From NCBI GenBank assembly GCA_040357565.1, contig JBDODJ010000025.1: 64,000 nucleotides of DNA; one strand, given 5' to 3'. Within the stretch, counting starts at the first letter, position 1. Every line of letters begins with the position of its first letter. The DNA is from Cercozoa sp. M6MM (lineage: Eukaryota; Protista; Endomyxa: Ascetosporea). A program made the translations under genes and the position numbers. Positions 52,660 to 64,000 of the stretch are shown here, in pieces. The notes beneath the pieces are model-generated. The model did not search any database and was not told where the DNA came from. It was given only the letters and a program-made list of their open reading frames with translations.

Positions 52660-54758
52660 TGGTCTATCTGGTCAGCTGTGTTGCGAGGAAAGCGATTTTC
52701 ATTCCCAACAGCGCCCCCAAAAGAGCAAAATCCTGCGTCGCGCGCGGCGGATCTACGGTGCGCAAGAGTGGTAGCGTTCTGTCACATCGGTGCTGATGAC
52801 TACAGAAAGCCGCGAAGAGACTGCCGTGATACGCATCTTTGATCGCTCTGTCGAGGACATTGCTTCACAGTTACCACTGCTGCTCGTGCAGGTGCACTGC
52901 TCTACTCTGCTCTTTAAAGGATGTGAATGCTTAGCTACTTGTAGTGCTCCCACGGTGCTCGCGCGCGTTTTTCAAACTACCTACGCCCACACCACTTGTA
53001 CAGGATTACTTGCTGGATGGATGGCGAAATCACTGCCCGCGCAGAGAGGTACGCGAGGCACGACGCTATGACGGTGCACGACAGTTGTTTTTTGGTCCAA
53101 TCGAGGGCAAAAGCTCACCGTAGAGAACTTCATTATCTCATTCGTATGTAATTATGTTTTATTTCTATTGCTCGAACTGACTACAGGGACTTTGAGCACG
53201 TGCAGCGCGAGTTACGCGAGGACACGCGCGTGTTCTGCGCCCTACAGCAAAGCTCTGTCTTGACGCACGTTTTTGAATCTCTGGACGCACTGGGTCGCGA
53301 ATTTCGGCAGCACTTTCCCGTATTGCACCTCTATATATATATATATATATATATATTTATTTATTTATGTAATGTACTCCTCTCTACTGAGATGCTGTGT
53401 TCAGAAGGACCAGTTGCTGCGAATTCAGGCGAGTGACGACGTAAAGCGAAAGCTGATTCGCGACCTGCCCGATGAGATTCGACTGTCGCCTAGGTGTGTC
53501 TATATGTATGTTATCAAGGGAACTTGCAGTATTATTAGCACTCTGCAGGGCATCCGAGTTCGACGCTGCCTTGTGCGTGGTGCGTATCGGTGGCAAGACG
53601 CAGAACAAGGAGCGTGTACTTGTTGGTACAGCCTCGGTCTGTTTGTACCAACCAAGTATGGCAGTACGGTTGGGTGTTCCCTCGATCCAGGCATTGTGCC
53701 ACGTGAGTTGAATTTTGCAACTGCGCCGAAACTGGTGGCTTGGCGTTCGCAACCTCGCACCTGCTGTATCCTTCTGTCTTTCTATCCGTGTGACTATTTA
53801 CCTATCTATCTGTCTGTCTATCTATCTGTCTGTCTATCTATATATATATATATATATATCTACTATCTATCTATCTATCATCTAAATGTCTATCTATCTC
53901 CTACCTGTCTATCCTACCTCTCAACCTCCCCTTTATCCTTTCATGTTGGTCCTAAGGGGCCTACAACAAGCTGGCTGAAGCCATGACACTGCTGAAGATT
54001 CGGTGAGTTAATTGGAGAACCCACCTGCTCATTATTTCTGTGTTTTGTCACATTTGTTTAGTGACTTGACTGGGAAACTCGCCATTGACTGCGGCGCTGC
54101 ACCGTACCCCTGATAAACAACCTTGTTCACACCATTAGTACTCTGCTTGACTGCAGAGGCGGCTGGACCGAGTATCTAAGCGATGCGCACTGCCAGAAAG
54201 TGATCGCAATCGATCCAGCCGACATGACACCGTCTGTTGTCCGGAGACACAATGTCTCATATCTCCAGATGCGCGTAGAGCAAGCCATTGGTACTTGAGC
54301 CTTTTAAACAAGGTTGTTTTGATTTATTCGTCTTTGCTGGCGGGCAGAAACGGGTCAGCTGGCAGGCGTGCAGGCTGATCTGCTCGTGTGCGATGCCAAC
54401 GTTTCGCCAGCACTCCTGACCGAGATTCTCACACCCTTAATCACTGCTGCACATCTGGTTAAGGGCGCGATCTTGTGCATCACGGTCAAGCTACCGCAGC
54501 CTGGTATTTTTACTGTACTGTTTTGTGTGTCTCACCGGACATGCTTGCTTGTGTTGCAGGTCAGCACGTTGCCGACAGGGAGTGCCAACAGGTGTGTCAG
54601 CACTTCGCTGCCCAGGGTGTTCATGACATGCAAGTGCATCACCTGTTCGCCAATCGGCAAGGTACTGCTTTCTTGGTTCAGCTGGTAGAGTCCATGTCGT
54701 GTGTCTCATTTGCTGCTCGCGCAATGCAGAGCGCACGATTCTCGGCATTTTCGACTGA
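52660..54758 (+). CDS. RlmM/FtsJ-like RNA 2'-O-methyltransferase
   Basis: RAYNKLAEA, AIDCGAAPGGWTEYLS, VIAIDPADM, DLLVCDAN, ITVKLP, HHLFANRQERTI (K-D-K-E tetrad). Start approximate. Confidence 0.8.
53802..53880 (+). repeat. Intronic (TCTA)/(TA) compound microsatellite
   Basis: CTAT, CTGT and TA runs. Confidence 0.85.
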
Positions 54759-54894
54759 TTCTAAACGGAACAAGTCAAAAAGAAATCGAATGTTAGTTAC
54801 TCGCGACTTTAATTTCTACTACAGTGCACACGTGTGCTTGCCGATTGTGTAGATTTTCAGGGGGTTCTAAGATCCAACAACTTTTGTTGCGTTG

Positions 54895-55730
54895 ATGTCG
54901 TCTTTTTGGAGCAACTTGATCGAAGAGATCGCTGCTGTCATTGAGGTGAGTTGGTTTAGTTTGAGGGGGCGATAGCCCGTGGCCGCACACAAAGTTCTTA
55001 GGGCGAGCCAGATGCGATCGCGAATCTGAGTAACGTAGCTGCACTTTTGTTCCATGCACTCAAGGAGAGGTACCAGTACGTACACGCACGGGGGGGGGGG
55101 GGGCGCGCATTAATGAAACAACGCATGCGAGAATAGAAGTGAGAAAGGTGTCAACTGGGCCGGTTTCTATCGTGTCGTTGGAGTACCTAAAGCCTGAGTC
55201 AACATTGTTTGTCTGTTCCGTTACCATGTTTGCACTGTAGGAGGAGCTGGTGCTGTCGCCCTTCCAAGGCAAGGTCGCCTGCATTCGCCTGCGCAAAGAA
55301 AAAGGCGTCTGTGGCGCTGCTTGGTACAATATAGTTTTTGAAGTGTATCACATTGACTTAGCACATTGGTACAGGGCCAATCAGAAGACCTACCGAGTAG
55401 ACGACGTGCACGCTTTCCCGGTGCCTTTTTGTCTGTCAAAAGCATGCAAAGTATCGCACTGTTTCGCAGGGACACATTGCATGCGACTCGGCCAGTCGCA
55501 GCGAGCTGGTGACTCCTGTCATCGTTGGAGATAGCGTCGTCGCAGTCATCGACATCGATGCTCCAGGTGTGTTTATCTATTTGGATCCGGACTGTACTGA
55601 TGTTCGATCGTGGGGACGGTGTTGTTTGTCAGTGGAGGCCGCTTTCAGCGTCGAAGACGAACGAGGCGTGGAAGCACTGGCTGCTCTTCTCGCCGAGCAC
55701 ATTCAGTGGACGCAACTCCCGTCACAGTGA
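54895..55730 (+). CDS. Free methionine-R-sulfoxide reductase (fRMsr/MsrC, GAF domain)
   Basis: ANLSNVAALL, VNWAGFY, LSPFQGKVAC, KGVCGAA, VDDVHAFPGHIACDSASRSELV.P, VIDID. Confidence 0.93.
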
Positions 55731-56026
55731 CTCGTGTCATGACCGTACTGTTGTTTAGAAGCACTGGCAAGCTCCAGGACATCTTTCGTATGACCCGTCA
55801 TAAGGATTACCCGTACCGCATCGCGATAGTACGCATCGACGCAGCCGCGTGAATCAAAAATAAACCGTCGGTCGTGTGCACGTGCGGCGCGCTAAATCCG
55901 AGCCAGGTTTGTCGATCAGATATTTCCAACGCTCAAACGCCCTCAAAGTTTCCACTAAGGCACTCAGTTGGCGTTGTCTACAATTGTATCGGATTATTCG
56001 CAGTGGAAGACCGAGAAAGCGCCGAC

Positions 56027-59000
56027 ATGTTGGCACTGGTGGGTTACATTTTGCCCTCGCCTGAGAGTTTCCTGTTGTTACGGTAAAGTGTACAGGGCTC
56101 GTTGTTGGTGCTTCTTTTGTCGAGTGTCTTGGCATCGCAGACGGAATCCTTCGACAACTGTTTTGCACGGCGTTTGGTGAAGCCAGAAGACTTCGATTTG
56201 GACTCAAAGCTACTTATCAAGTGGTATGAAGGTAGACCTTTTCTACTAGGATATGGTACGGTCGTGTTGTTTTTAGGGGAGAGTTTCTCCTGAGCACCTT
56301 GCCTGATGTGACCCAAGGGATGACTGTCGTGGTTCTGTCCGGAGTTCCTGTGTCCTGTGCGAACACCTACATCAGAAAGTATGTCTACAACATGTATGGT
56401 GGCGACTACATTCGCGTGTATCGCAATGGTACAGTTAAAGCTAGGGTCAAACAACTCGGAAGCGAGCCGCGTGCTATATGTAGTGATCTACGTGCACCTT
56501 TTGCGCCGCGTTGGAGCGCGAAGTTCGGCGCTCGAAAAAGGAAATCAGATAGCAGCAGGATGGGATGCTCTTGAAAATACCGTCGAAATTGATCGAGCCA
56601 TGCAAGGTATGTCACTGTTGAGTTTTTCTCGCACGGCATACGTCGTCTATATCGCTTAGATGGCATGGCATATCAATAGAGTACGATGCCGAGATGACTG
56701 GACGGCTTGCTGACTTTTTGGAAGCAGTGTACTTTGATGGCCCTGATCCTGAAGGCGTGCCCGACTTCTCCGAGCATGGTTCGCTACGACAAAGACTTTT
56801 CCACTACACAAAGGCAGTCTACGAAACAATTGGCAGCGATACTTTTGACTCTGAGTATGTTCCCTCTTTCTTTCGTCTCAATTCGGAACTGAAGAACTTC
56901 AGTTGGAAGATCCCCGTTCGGACCCCAATGTTCTGATTAGGCACATGTACAAATCTTTTCGGCCAGGAACGGATTCGTACTTTGCAACACGCTCGCTAGC
57001 TTTGTTTGTGGGAGCTCTGCCGTTGTACGTCGAGTCTCTTGCGGGTATGACGGCCGACGAGATGTTTGAAGACATTGCTACCTTGTCGAAGTCGGCCACT
57101 GGCACCGCCAAACAACTTGAAGTTCCTCAAGAGGTACAGTAAAAGCACACATAGCCGGCTGTAGTGTTGCCTGGCTTGAGTCTTATGAAATGAAAGCAGC
57201 GAAGGCGCCATTCTGTCTCTGCAGCATCTTTCGCTTCACTCGCTACCTGCGCTGAGTATCACGCCGATCTGTGGAACTCCGTTCAGCACGTGCACAAAAG
57301 CTACAGCGCTGGCCACGAACATTTGGAGCAGCAACCGAACGCTGTTGTACACCGAATGATTGCCACAGCGTCACGATACCTCTTGCTGCCTGACAACACG
57401 TGCATGGAGCTTCGCAGTGCAGCGAACAAGACGGCACTGTACGTTCCGGGCTGGACCGAAACGTGCCAAATGTTGTCTTCTTGGTGGGGTGCTGCAGACA
57501 GTGAGACTTACAAAGAGCTGAGCAAGACGTTTTTTGACAATTTGGCTACAGCATGGCAAAATCACAAAACGACAGTGGAACTGACAAATTGCATGGGTGC
57601 TGTGTCGGACAAGTCAAAACAAGTTTTCAGACTGGAGAACATAGTGCGCATCGCAAGTTGCTCCACAGTGATGGAGCAGATGCGAACGTTCGGGGTGGCT
57701 GCCAAGAGTGTCGAGGGTCTCAGTGATCTGCGTCTGTATCGCACGCCTGTGGATGTCGAAATTCTTCGCGACCTCTCGAAAATTGGTCGGGAGACCGTAC
57801 CTCGTTTCTACAAGGCAAAAAACGCTCCATTGTTCGAACTTTCCATGCTCGCTGTTGCTCAGAGGTATTGTACCTTACTTTCAGTTCACTTCTGTCAACC
57901 TCTATGAGAAATATTGTCGTACCTTGATGTGAATGTGCTTGGTGCAGGCAATCAGCGCGCTGCGAAGACAAGATTTGGTTCCGAGATAAGTGGGAGCTCA
58001 GTCAAGCTGCACAACTCGTGCTTGCCAACATCAAGCGCACGTTGCTGCAGTGCTTCTTGTCTGAGATGGAAAGCAGTCTTATCTTTCACCAGCAGCATGG
58101 TGTTGGTTGCAGTGCTTTCGCAACTAACGATCGCGTCTTTTTCAGTTGCTTTCAAAATGGTAACTGCGTTTTCAGCTTTAAAGTTACATCAACAAACGAT
58201 AGTTCGAACAGCTGTAGAGGTGAAACATCGCCTTGTGAACGTGTTTTTCGTTAATGAAACTGCGAAAGAGGAGACCGAGACATTCGTGCAGTTACTTCAG
58301 TGCGCCAATGAGAACTGCACGGAGCTCGAAACTGCCGACGTGTCTGTGTCTTATGCCATCGGCATGATGAGTGGCGTTCAAGGTGCCGAATCGATTCGAC
58401 GTCGCCGGTTGTTTCGACTGGCAGAAACTGCGGTGCTGCCATTTAACAAGACAGAGTCCGTGCTGCAGTTAATCCCGGACAATCAAGAACAGCTACTCTC
58501 TGCTGCGTGTGCACGTAGCAGCGAACCCGTAGCACCAGCAGCATCGGTGGCATCAAGTCTTCCAGAGGTCGACTGTGCGACCGTTGCAGCTGTTCGTCTG
58601 CTGCAAGAAGTCAATGCCGGAAAAGGGCCCGCGCAGGTGCAATCGGACACTGCTCTCCACCAACAAGGAAGCGCGACCGAATTCGACCTTGCACATAAAG
58701 TCGCTGCGCGATGTACGCTTTCTTTCACGTGCTCCTTTTATCTCAATCAAGCACGTGCCTTCTGATGTAGTGAGAGCATCGGAAGCGTCGGACCAGTTCA
58801 CCGCTGCACACAAAATGCTCGAGCCTGTGCGCAAAGCGTAAGTTGTGAACCGAGTACTAAATTTACTACGGGGGAAGATTCAGGTCACATGCTTCTCAGA
58901 TTCAATGTCGACGTAAATCTTATCGCGGACGAAGTGAGGAGCATTCGTTTTGGGAGTGGCGGAACGGCCTCGCTTTCGTAAGAACTCGAGATTTTAAGTA

Positions 59001-60480
59001 TGCGAATGACAGAGGTCGATTTATGTTTGCCTGTTTTGACAGAGGGGAACAATTTGCTTTCACTGACCACTTTGTCGTCAAAACAGTACTACGCTCACTG
59101 CCACTATGTTGTGATACTACACTCATCGCCCCTGTCTTTGGTGAAAAGATGAACAACACTCGCGACCACGTGTTGTTTGACTCGAGGTGTGTGAACAGTT
59201 TGAAAGCATACATCGAACACTTGGTCCAAGACACTGGTACTGATGGTGAGTATCGGCCTCGACCAACTGCTTTGGCTCCTGTTTTAGGTACATCCTTTGC
59301 TACACTTACATAAACGGAGAAAGTCCCACTTGATGACTTGGTCTTGATGCTTCCGCTAGCCGTGATGGAGGTGACAGTCAAAGGCGATTTAAAACTCACC
59401 TTTGTCGTACAGTTGAAAGCAACTGCGATTCATCCGGTACAATGTTTGTCTAACTTTCAATTGCGAGTTCGCGAGAGAGTAAAAATTGATCCCAGCGCAG
59501 AAGGACTCGTGTTTGCAAGGAGAAATTTTTGACGTCAAAGGCATTGTCGAGCAGCAGCTCTCTCCTCCACTTGTATGCTCAGAAGTTTAGAGTCGGTTTT
59601 AATATTTATCCCTATACTCCCTCGTTTTAAAGGAAAGGCAGCACCGGTCTCCTCTGAAAGTCAATCAGCGGGAAACCGAATGGACAACAAAGCTCCAGTC
59701 TACCGCACTTGACATTTCCGACCTTCGATTGGTCCATATGCTCGCGCTTTCTCCTCCCGCGGACAGTGCGTCGATTGCGCTTCCGCCGCCTAACCCATCG
59801 CCCACCACGAGCGAGGATCTAGACCTTGCCGGAATTATGCAGCGAGATTTGTATCTACACTTCAGGACCTCACTATAAATATATCTTTTTCTTTTGTTTG
59901 CGAAGTGACTTCCTCGACAAAAAACTAGGAATGGTAAAACAGCTGCTATCTGATCAAGAACAACTGTACATTTATTGGATATATTGATCTGAGACAGACC
60001 GACTACTCGATGCTGCTGGTCCTCGCTACGAGCACTTTGAGCGACGAAACTGACACACGCAAGTTGGTAGAGCACAAGCTGTGCCGGCTCGTTATCATTG
60101 ACTACCTATGGGTGACTGGATGGGTACTGGAGTTTTTATCTTTGCTCCTTGGTCACATATACGCCACTTCATGAACTTTGACCAGGGAGAAGCAATCGCG
60201 CAGTTCACTGGCGTGTCGTCAATCATTACGCGGATTCCAAAGTCTCACGACCAGTACGCGACACGTCTTAGCGCGTTCTTTAAATCCCACGTGCTGCAAC
60301 ACATCCAGTCTTCTGCTTCCGAGTCGAGCAACTGCACGAAGTAAAATAGATTTCGGTAAGATACGCGTCAATTTTACACGTCAAAATCTTCCACACATTT
60401 TTGTAGGTTTTCGCGTTGCTTCCGCGGGTACAGTAGTTTATGCTGTAACGCTGGGCCATGCGACGGCGTACATAGTTTAG
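56027..60480 (+). CDS. Large hypothetical protein (possibly several genes), signal-peptide-like start
   Basis: Successive long + frames (56102-56574, 56694-57142, 57290-57907, 57914-58765, 59023-59532, 60108-60480) separated by GT-AG segments. LLVLLLSSVLA near the start. No recognised motif. Confidence 0.45.
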
Positions 60481-60832
60481 CGCGATGCAAAAAAATGTCA
60501 GTGAGCTAGGTTGAGTCACCATGGTGATAGTTACAAATTGTAAGATAAGAATTATCTTCACTCCATCATTAAACCTGTCCTCAAGCTTCGATCAGGCAAA
60601 ATTGGGCGCCGTCGTGTACACAACATTTCATGGGTCAGCAGTAGATGCTGTAGCACATATAGCTGCTCTACTGGACTCACGCTCGCGCACACAGCTACCG
60701 GTACGGCATTAGCGCAGCCAAGAGAGGTGTGTGCGCGAGCGTGAAGGTGGGCCGGGGCTCGGTTGGAACAGACCGACGAATAAATCAAAATCGACAGTGG
60801 GACGGGACCATGAACGGTTGGCGCGGAGGAGA

Positions 60833-62932
60833 TTAAACAGCGCCGTAGCGAGGCTCCTCGCGATGGCCGAGCAGAAGCGGCTTGTCGACGCGCCGATCAT
60901 CCAGCACATCGACGTCGATCTCGACCAGGTTGGACGACGAGTCTGTTCGTGGCCTGTAAGAAGCGCGTTCGTCGAACGGTACGTCGCAGTGACGAGGCAG
61001 ACGGCGTTGCAGCAGAAAGGCTGTCAGGGCTATCAGCACACCCAGGAGACTGAACTGCCACCTGTTGGTGAGCGGGAAGAAGGCCCACCACTTGTCCTGC
61101 ATCAGTACAAACAGTTACACAGAAATATAAACCGGTTTAAACAAGAATGGTACATCGCGTAGCCAGCGTTTCTCTCGACTCAGAGTCCACTGGTAGATGG
61201 CAGCACCCACCAAAGGGCCCACACAGCGCGCGAAGGATGTTGCAGCCTGTGCGATGCCATTGGCTGTGCCTTTTTGTGCGTCAGGAACAGTGTTGTTGAT
61301 GAGCATCATGACACTCGTGAAACAGCCACCGCCCGAAGCGAACAGCAGCAGGAAGGAGAGCGCGCACACCACGGCAGCAGTCGTTGTATTCTCCGGTCGG
61401 TACAAACGGCCGCTGGAAGCTTCGAATGCCACCGGAACAATCAGCAGTGACAGGGCGAGCTACAAAAGTTCCAAAAGCAAATTTCCTGTTCAGTGCATCG
61501 CCTCGAGATCAAAGGTTACCGGAATAAGCGCGCGTGAGAAGGTGCGCACACAGCCGATACGCGCAATCACACGCGGAATCACAAACGTCAGCGACAGGAA
61601 GAGACCCAGACCACCACAGCCGAGAACAAGACCGATTCGTTGCTCGTCCCAGGCCAATCCACTGTCAACATCAGGGAGTTAGGCAATCAGGAACCTTCAA
61701 ACAAGAAGGCGAAGTACCTGTGCCGCCCAGGAGAGTCAGCACGCGGCAGTTGCGCAAACAGAGGAAAGCAGGTCTGCACGACGATGAACAGGAGTGCGCA
61801 CAGGGCATACTGTATCACCGAGATGCGCAGTTCCTGATTGCTGCCCAGATCGGTGACAACAACGTGCTTTTCTTCCGCTTCCGTTGTTTCTTGTTCCTCT
61901 TGGAACGAGGGGTCGTTCAGCATTAGGAACGACGGCGTCTCGGGTAGCAGGAACAACGCCGTTAGAAAAGCCAAGACTGGGGTGAGGTACAAAGATACAG
62001 AGGTTGTGGGGGTGGGGGAGGGGATGTGACATACACGCAATAGCAGCCGCAACGAGATTCGGAATGGCGAAAGGAAAGCGCTCCAAAAAGGTCTCGGGCG
62101 ACCGACCGTCGTACAGGTCGTGATCGGCCACCAACACGCCACCTAGCAACTGGAACGGGAGGGGTAAAGGGTACCAAGGGTAAAGCAACACACGAGTACA
62201 CACGAGTACCGGACCAGCCACGAGACCGACCGAGAATGACATGGACACGCCCGCAAAGGCGCGTGCTTGTTGACGGGCAGGCACAACCTCGGCCAGGTAG
62301 GTCTTGACAACACCGAGATTGCCGTTCAGCAGGCCTGCCACGGCACGTGCCACGAAACACCACTGCATGCACGCATTCTCAGTCAGTCTTGGCCAGTCCT
62401 CACAAAGTAGTGTACCGTAAGGGAAGGTGCCAAAGCAAAGCCAACAGCAGCGAGCGTGGTGCCCAGCAGTCCCATTCTGCGCTTTCAATTAGTCTAACAA
62501 TACAGAGTCGAAAGAACTGAGGTACAGCAGGATGGGCCGGCGTCCTTTCACGTCTGCGAATCGACCCCAAGTGTACCTGCAAAGAAGCGGGTCAAGAGGG
62601 TTGAAAGGGCATTGTAGTCACAACGTACGAGGAAGGAAACTGAGCAGCCGAGAAGATGGCAATCAAAAGGCCGACGTAGAGACCAATCTTTGGCTCTGTC
62701 GAGTCCTTGTCGAGGCCCAAATGAAACTTGACCAGGAAGGCCGCGTACGGTATGAGCTAAGTGTACAACGCGCTTTCCCCACCTCTTGCCAAAGCAGCTT
62801 CCCCATTCTCCCCATACAGTAAGCACAAAGCACCTGAGTGACAGTAAACGCCTCGCCGAATTGAATCGTGCAGAGCAAGACGGTCACTGCGATGAGTTTC
62901 GCACCCGCGAAGGTTTTACTTGGCGATCGCAT
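60833..62932 (-). CDS. MFS transporter (ZIFL/TCR-like)
   Basis: IGLYVGLL, WGRFADVKGRRPILL (MFS motif A), ARAVAGLLNGNLGVVKTYLAEV, GTANGIAQAATSFARCVGP. Confidence 0.9.
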
Positions 62933-63052
62933 CACAAACGCGCCGTATCAGGCATTTGCGCTGATTTAACCTGTTCTTAGTGCGGTACTGGCTCTTGAGA
63001 CGTCGACAGCGATCGCAAAGATTTTGCTTTAGCATTTGGTATCTTTGGACCA

Positions 63053-64000
63053 GTGCCGGACAGGATTGTGCCGCAGTGCGTGCACACGGCCCTCCGTCCC
63101 TGCACACAAAATGCAGATTTCCAGGTGGACTCACCAGGCTCGATCGCGCTAGACATTGTTTCAAGTGTAGTGCAGAGACGCAAAAGGCCGGCGGTTGTGG
63201 TTGTGGGGTGCCAACAAAGGGTCTCCAACAAAGGGTCTTCAAAGGGTCTTCTTGGTTGTCGCGATGTCTGCGCTGGCAAGCGCTCTGGTGGCGCAGGAGC
63301 AGTCGCGGGCAGTGCAGCAATCGCGAGGCTCCGTGCCGCGTCTGTCACTGCGACGCAGCCGCAGCCAGGTGGACTCAGTGAGTCACGAAGCACCACCATC
63401 GTTCACATCCTCGGCGCGTGTCTCAGCGACGAGTACGCGACCGTCTGCTTCAGCTGCGTCTTCTTCTGCCAACGTGCGTATGCCGCCAAAGTCGCAGCAC
63501 AAGCAGCTGCTCAAAAAGGTGAAGGCGCACTCGCACCGGCCGTCGTCAAAGCTTGCGATTTCGCTCGCCAAATCCGACTGGCAGAGCGACGATACTTCCA
63601 TGGTCTCTTGTTGTTTTTGTTGTTGTTTTTGCTTTTAACTGCGAAGGACTTGTGAAAGCAGGAGCCTGGGCCGCCGGTGGAAGCTGCTGACGACGACGAC
63701 GATGAGCACCAGTTCGTGGCGCACTCGCTGCCAACCACCAAGTCGCCGCCCTTTGCGACAATGGTACAGCTCTTTTGTTGCCCTTGTGTTTCCTTTGTGG
63801 CAGGTGTAGCTTTCATTCACTGTGCGTGTGTCTGTGCTGATGCAGGCGCGATCGCCCGTGCATACCTCGCGAAAGGCGCTGCCAATGGAGGTTGAAATGT
63901 GAGTTTCTCTTTGTCCCTGTGGACGAGGTGCGAGTTTACTAACTGACTGTTGTCGCAGAGCGCACGACGATTTTATGCTGCAGCTGCCGCGACGTCGCGT
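63053..64000 (+). CDS. Hypothetical gene, start and extent uncertain
   Basis: Open frames 63053-63655 and 63660-63895 with GT-AG-bounded gaps. Branch-like ACTAAC..CAG at 63938-63958. Confidence 0.35.

Overview
Gene-dense, intron-rich nuclear DNA from a microbial eukaryote (about 50% GC, short GT-AG introns of mostly 45-100 nt, often filled with microsatellites or C-rich TTACCCC-like repeats, two N gaps). The lineage cannot be fixed from sequence alone. About 25 protein-coding genes were reconstructed by eye, many in compact head-to-head pairs: two mitochondrial carriers, an extended-synaptotagmin-like protein, an OSR1/SPAK-like STE20 kinase with a SAM domain, RPL19, OGFOD1/Tpa1, PIF1, PSMD3/Rpn3, a kinesin-2-like motor, RPP30, a DUF1336 protein, PNKP, a G-alpha, an RlmM-like methyltransferase, fRMsr, an MFS transporter, two paralogous Cys-rich secreted proteins and several hypothetical genes. 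The most notable element is a 5'-truncated non-LTR retrotransposon (18735-24647) with an intact APE-RT-RNaseH-zinc finger ORF2, a perfect 19-bp target-site duplication, an (AACT)n tail and a highly structured 3' UTR. A diverged but structure-conserving copy of its 3' module stands alone at about 44182-44338. Both lie between convergent gene ends next to (A/G)ACT repeats, which suggests a LINE/SINE-like system that favours 3'-intergenic sites. Exon boundaries and some start codons are approximate and no database searches were run.
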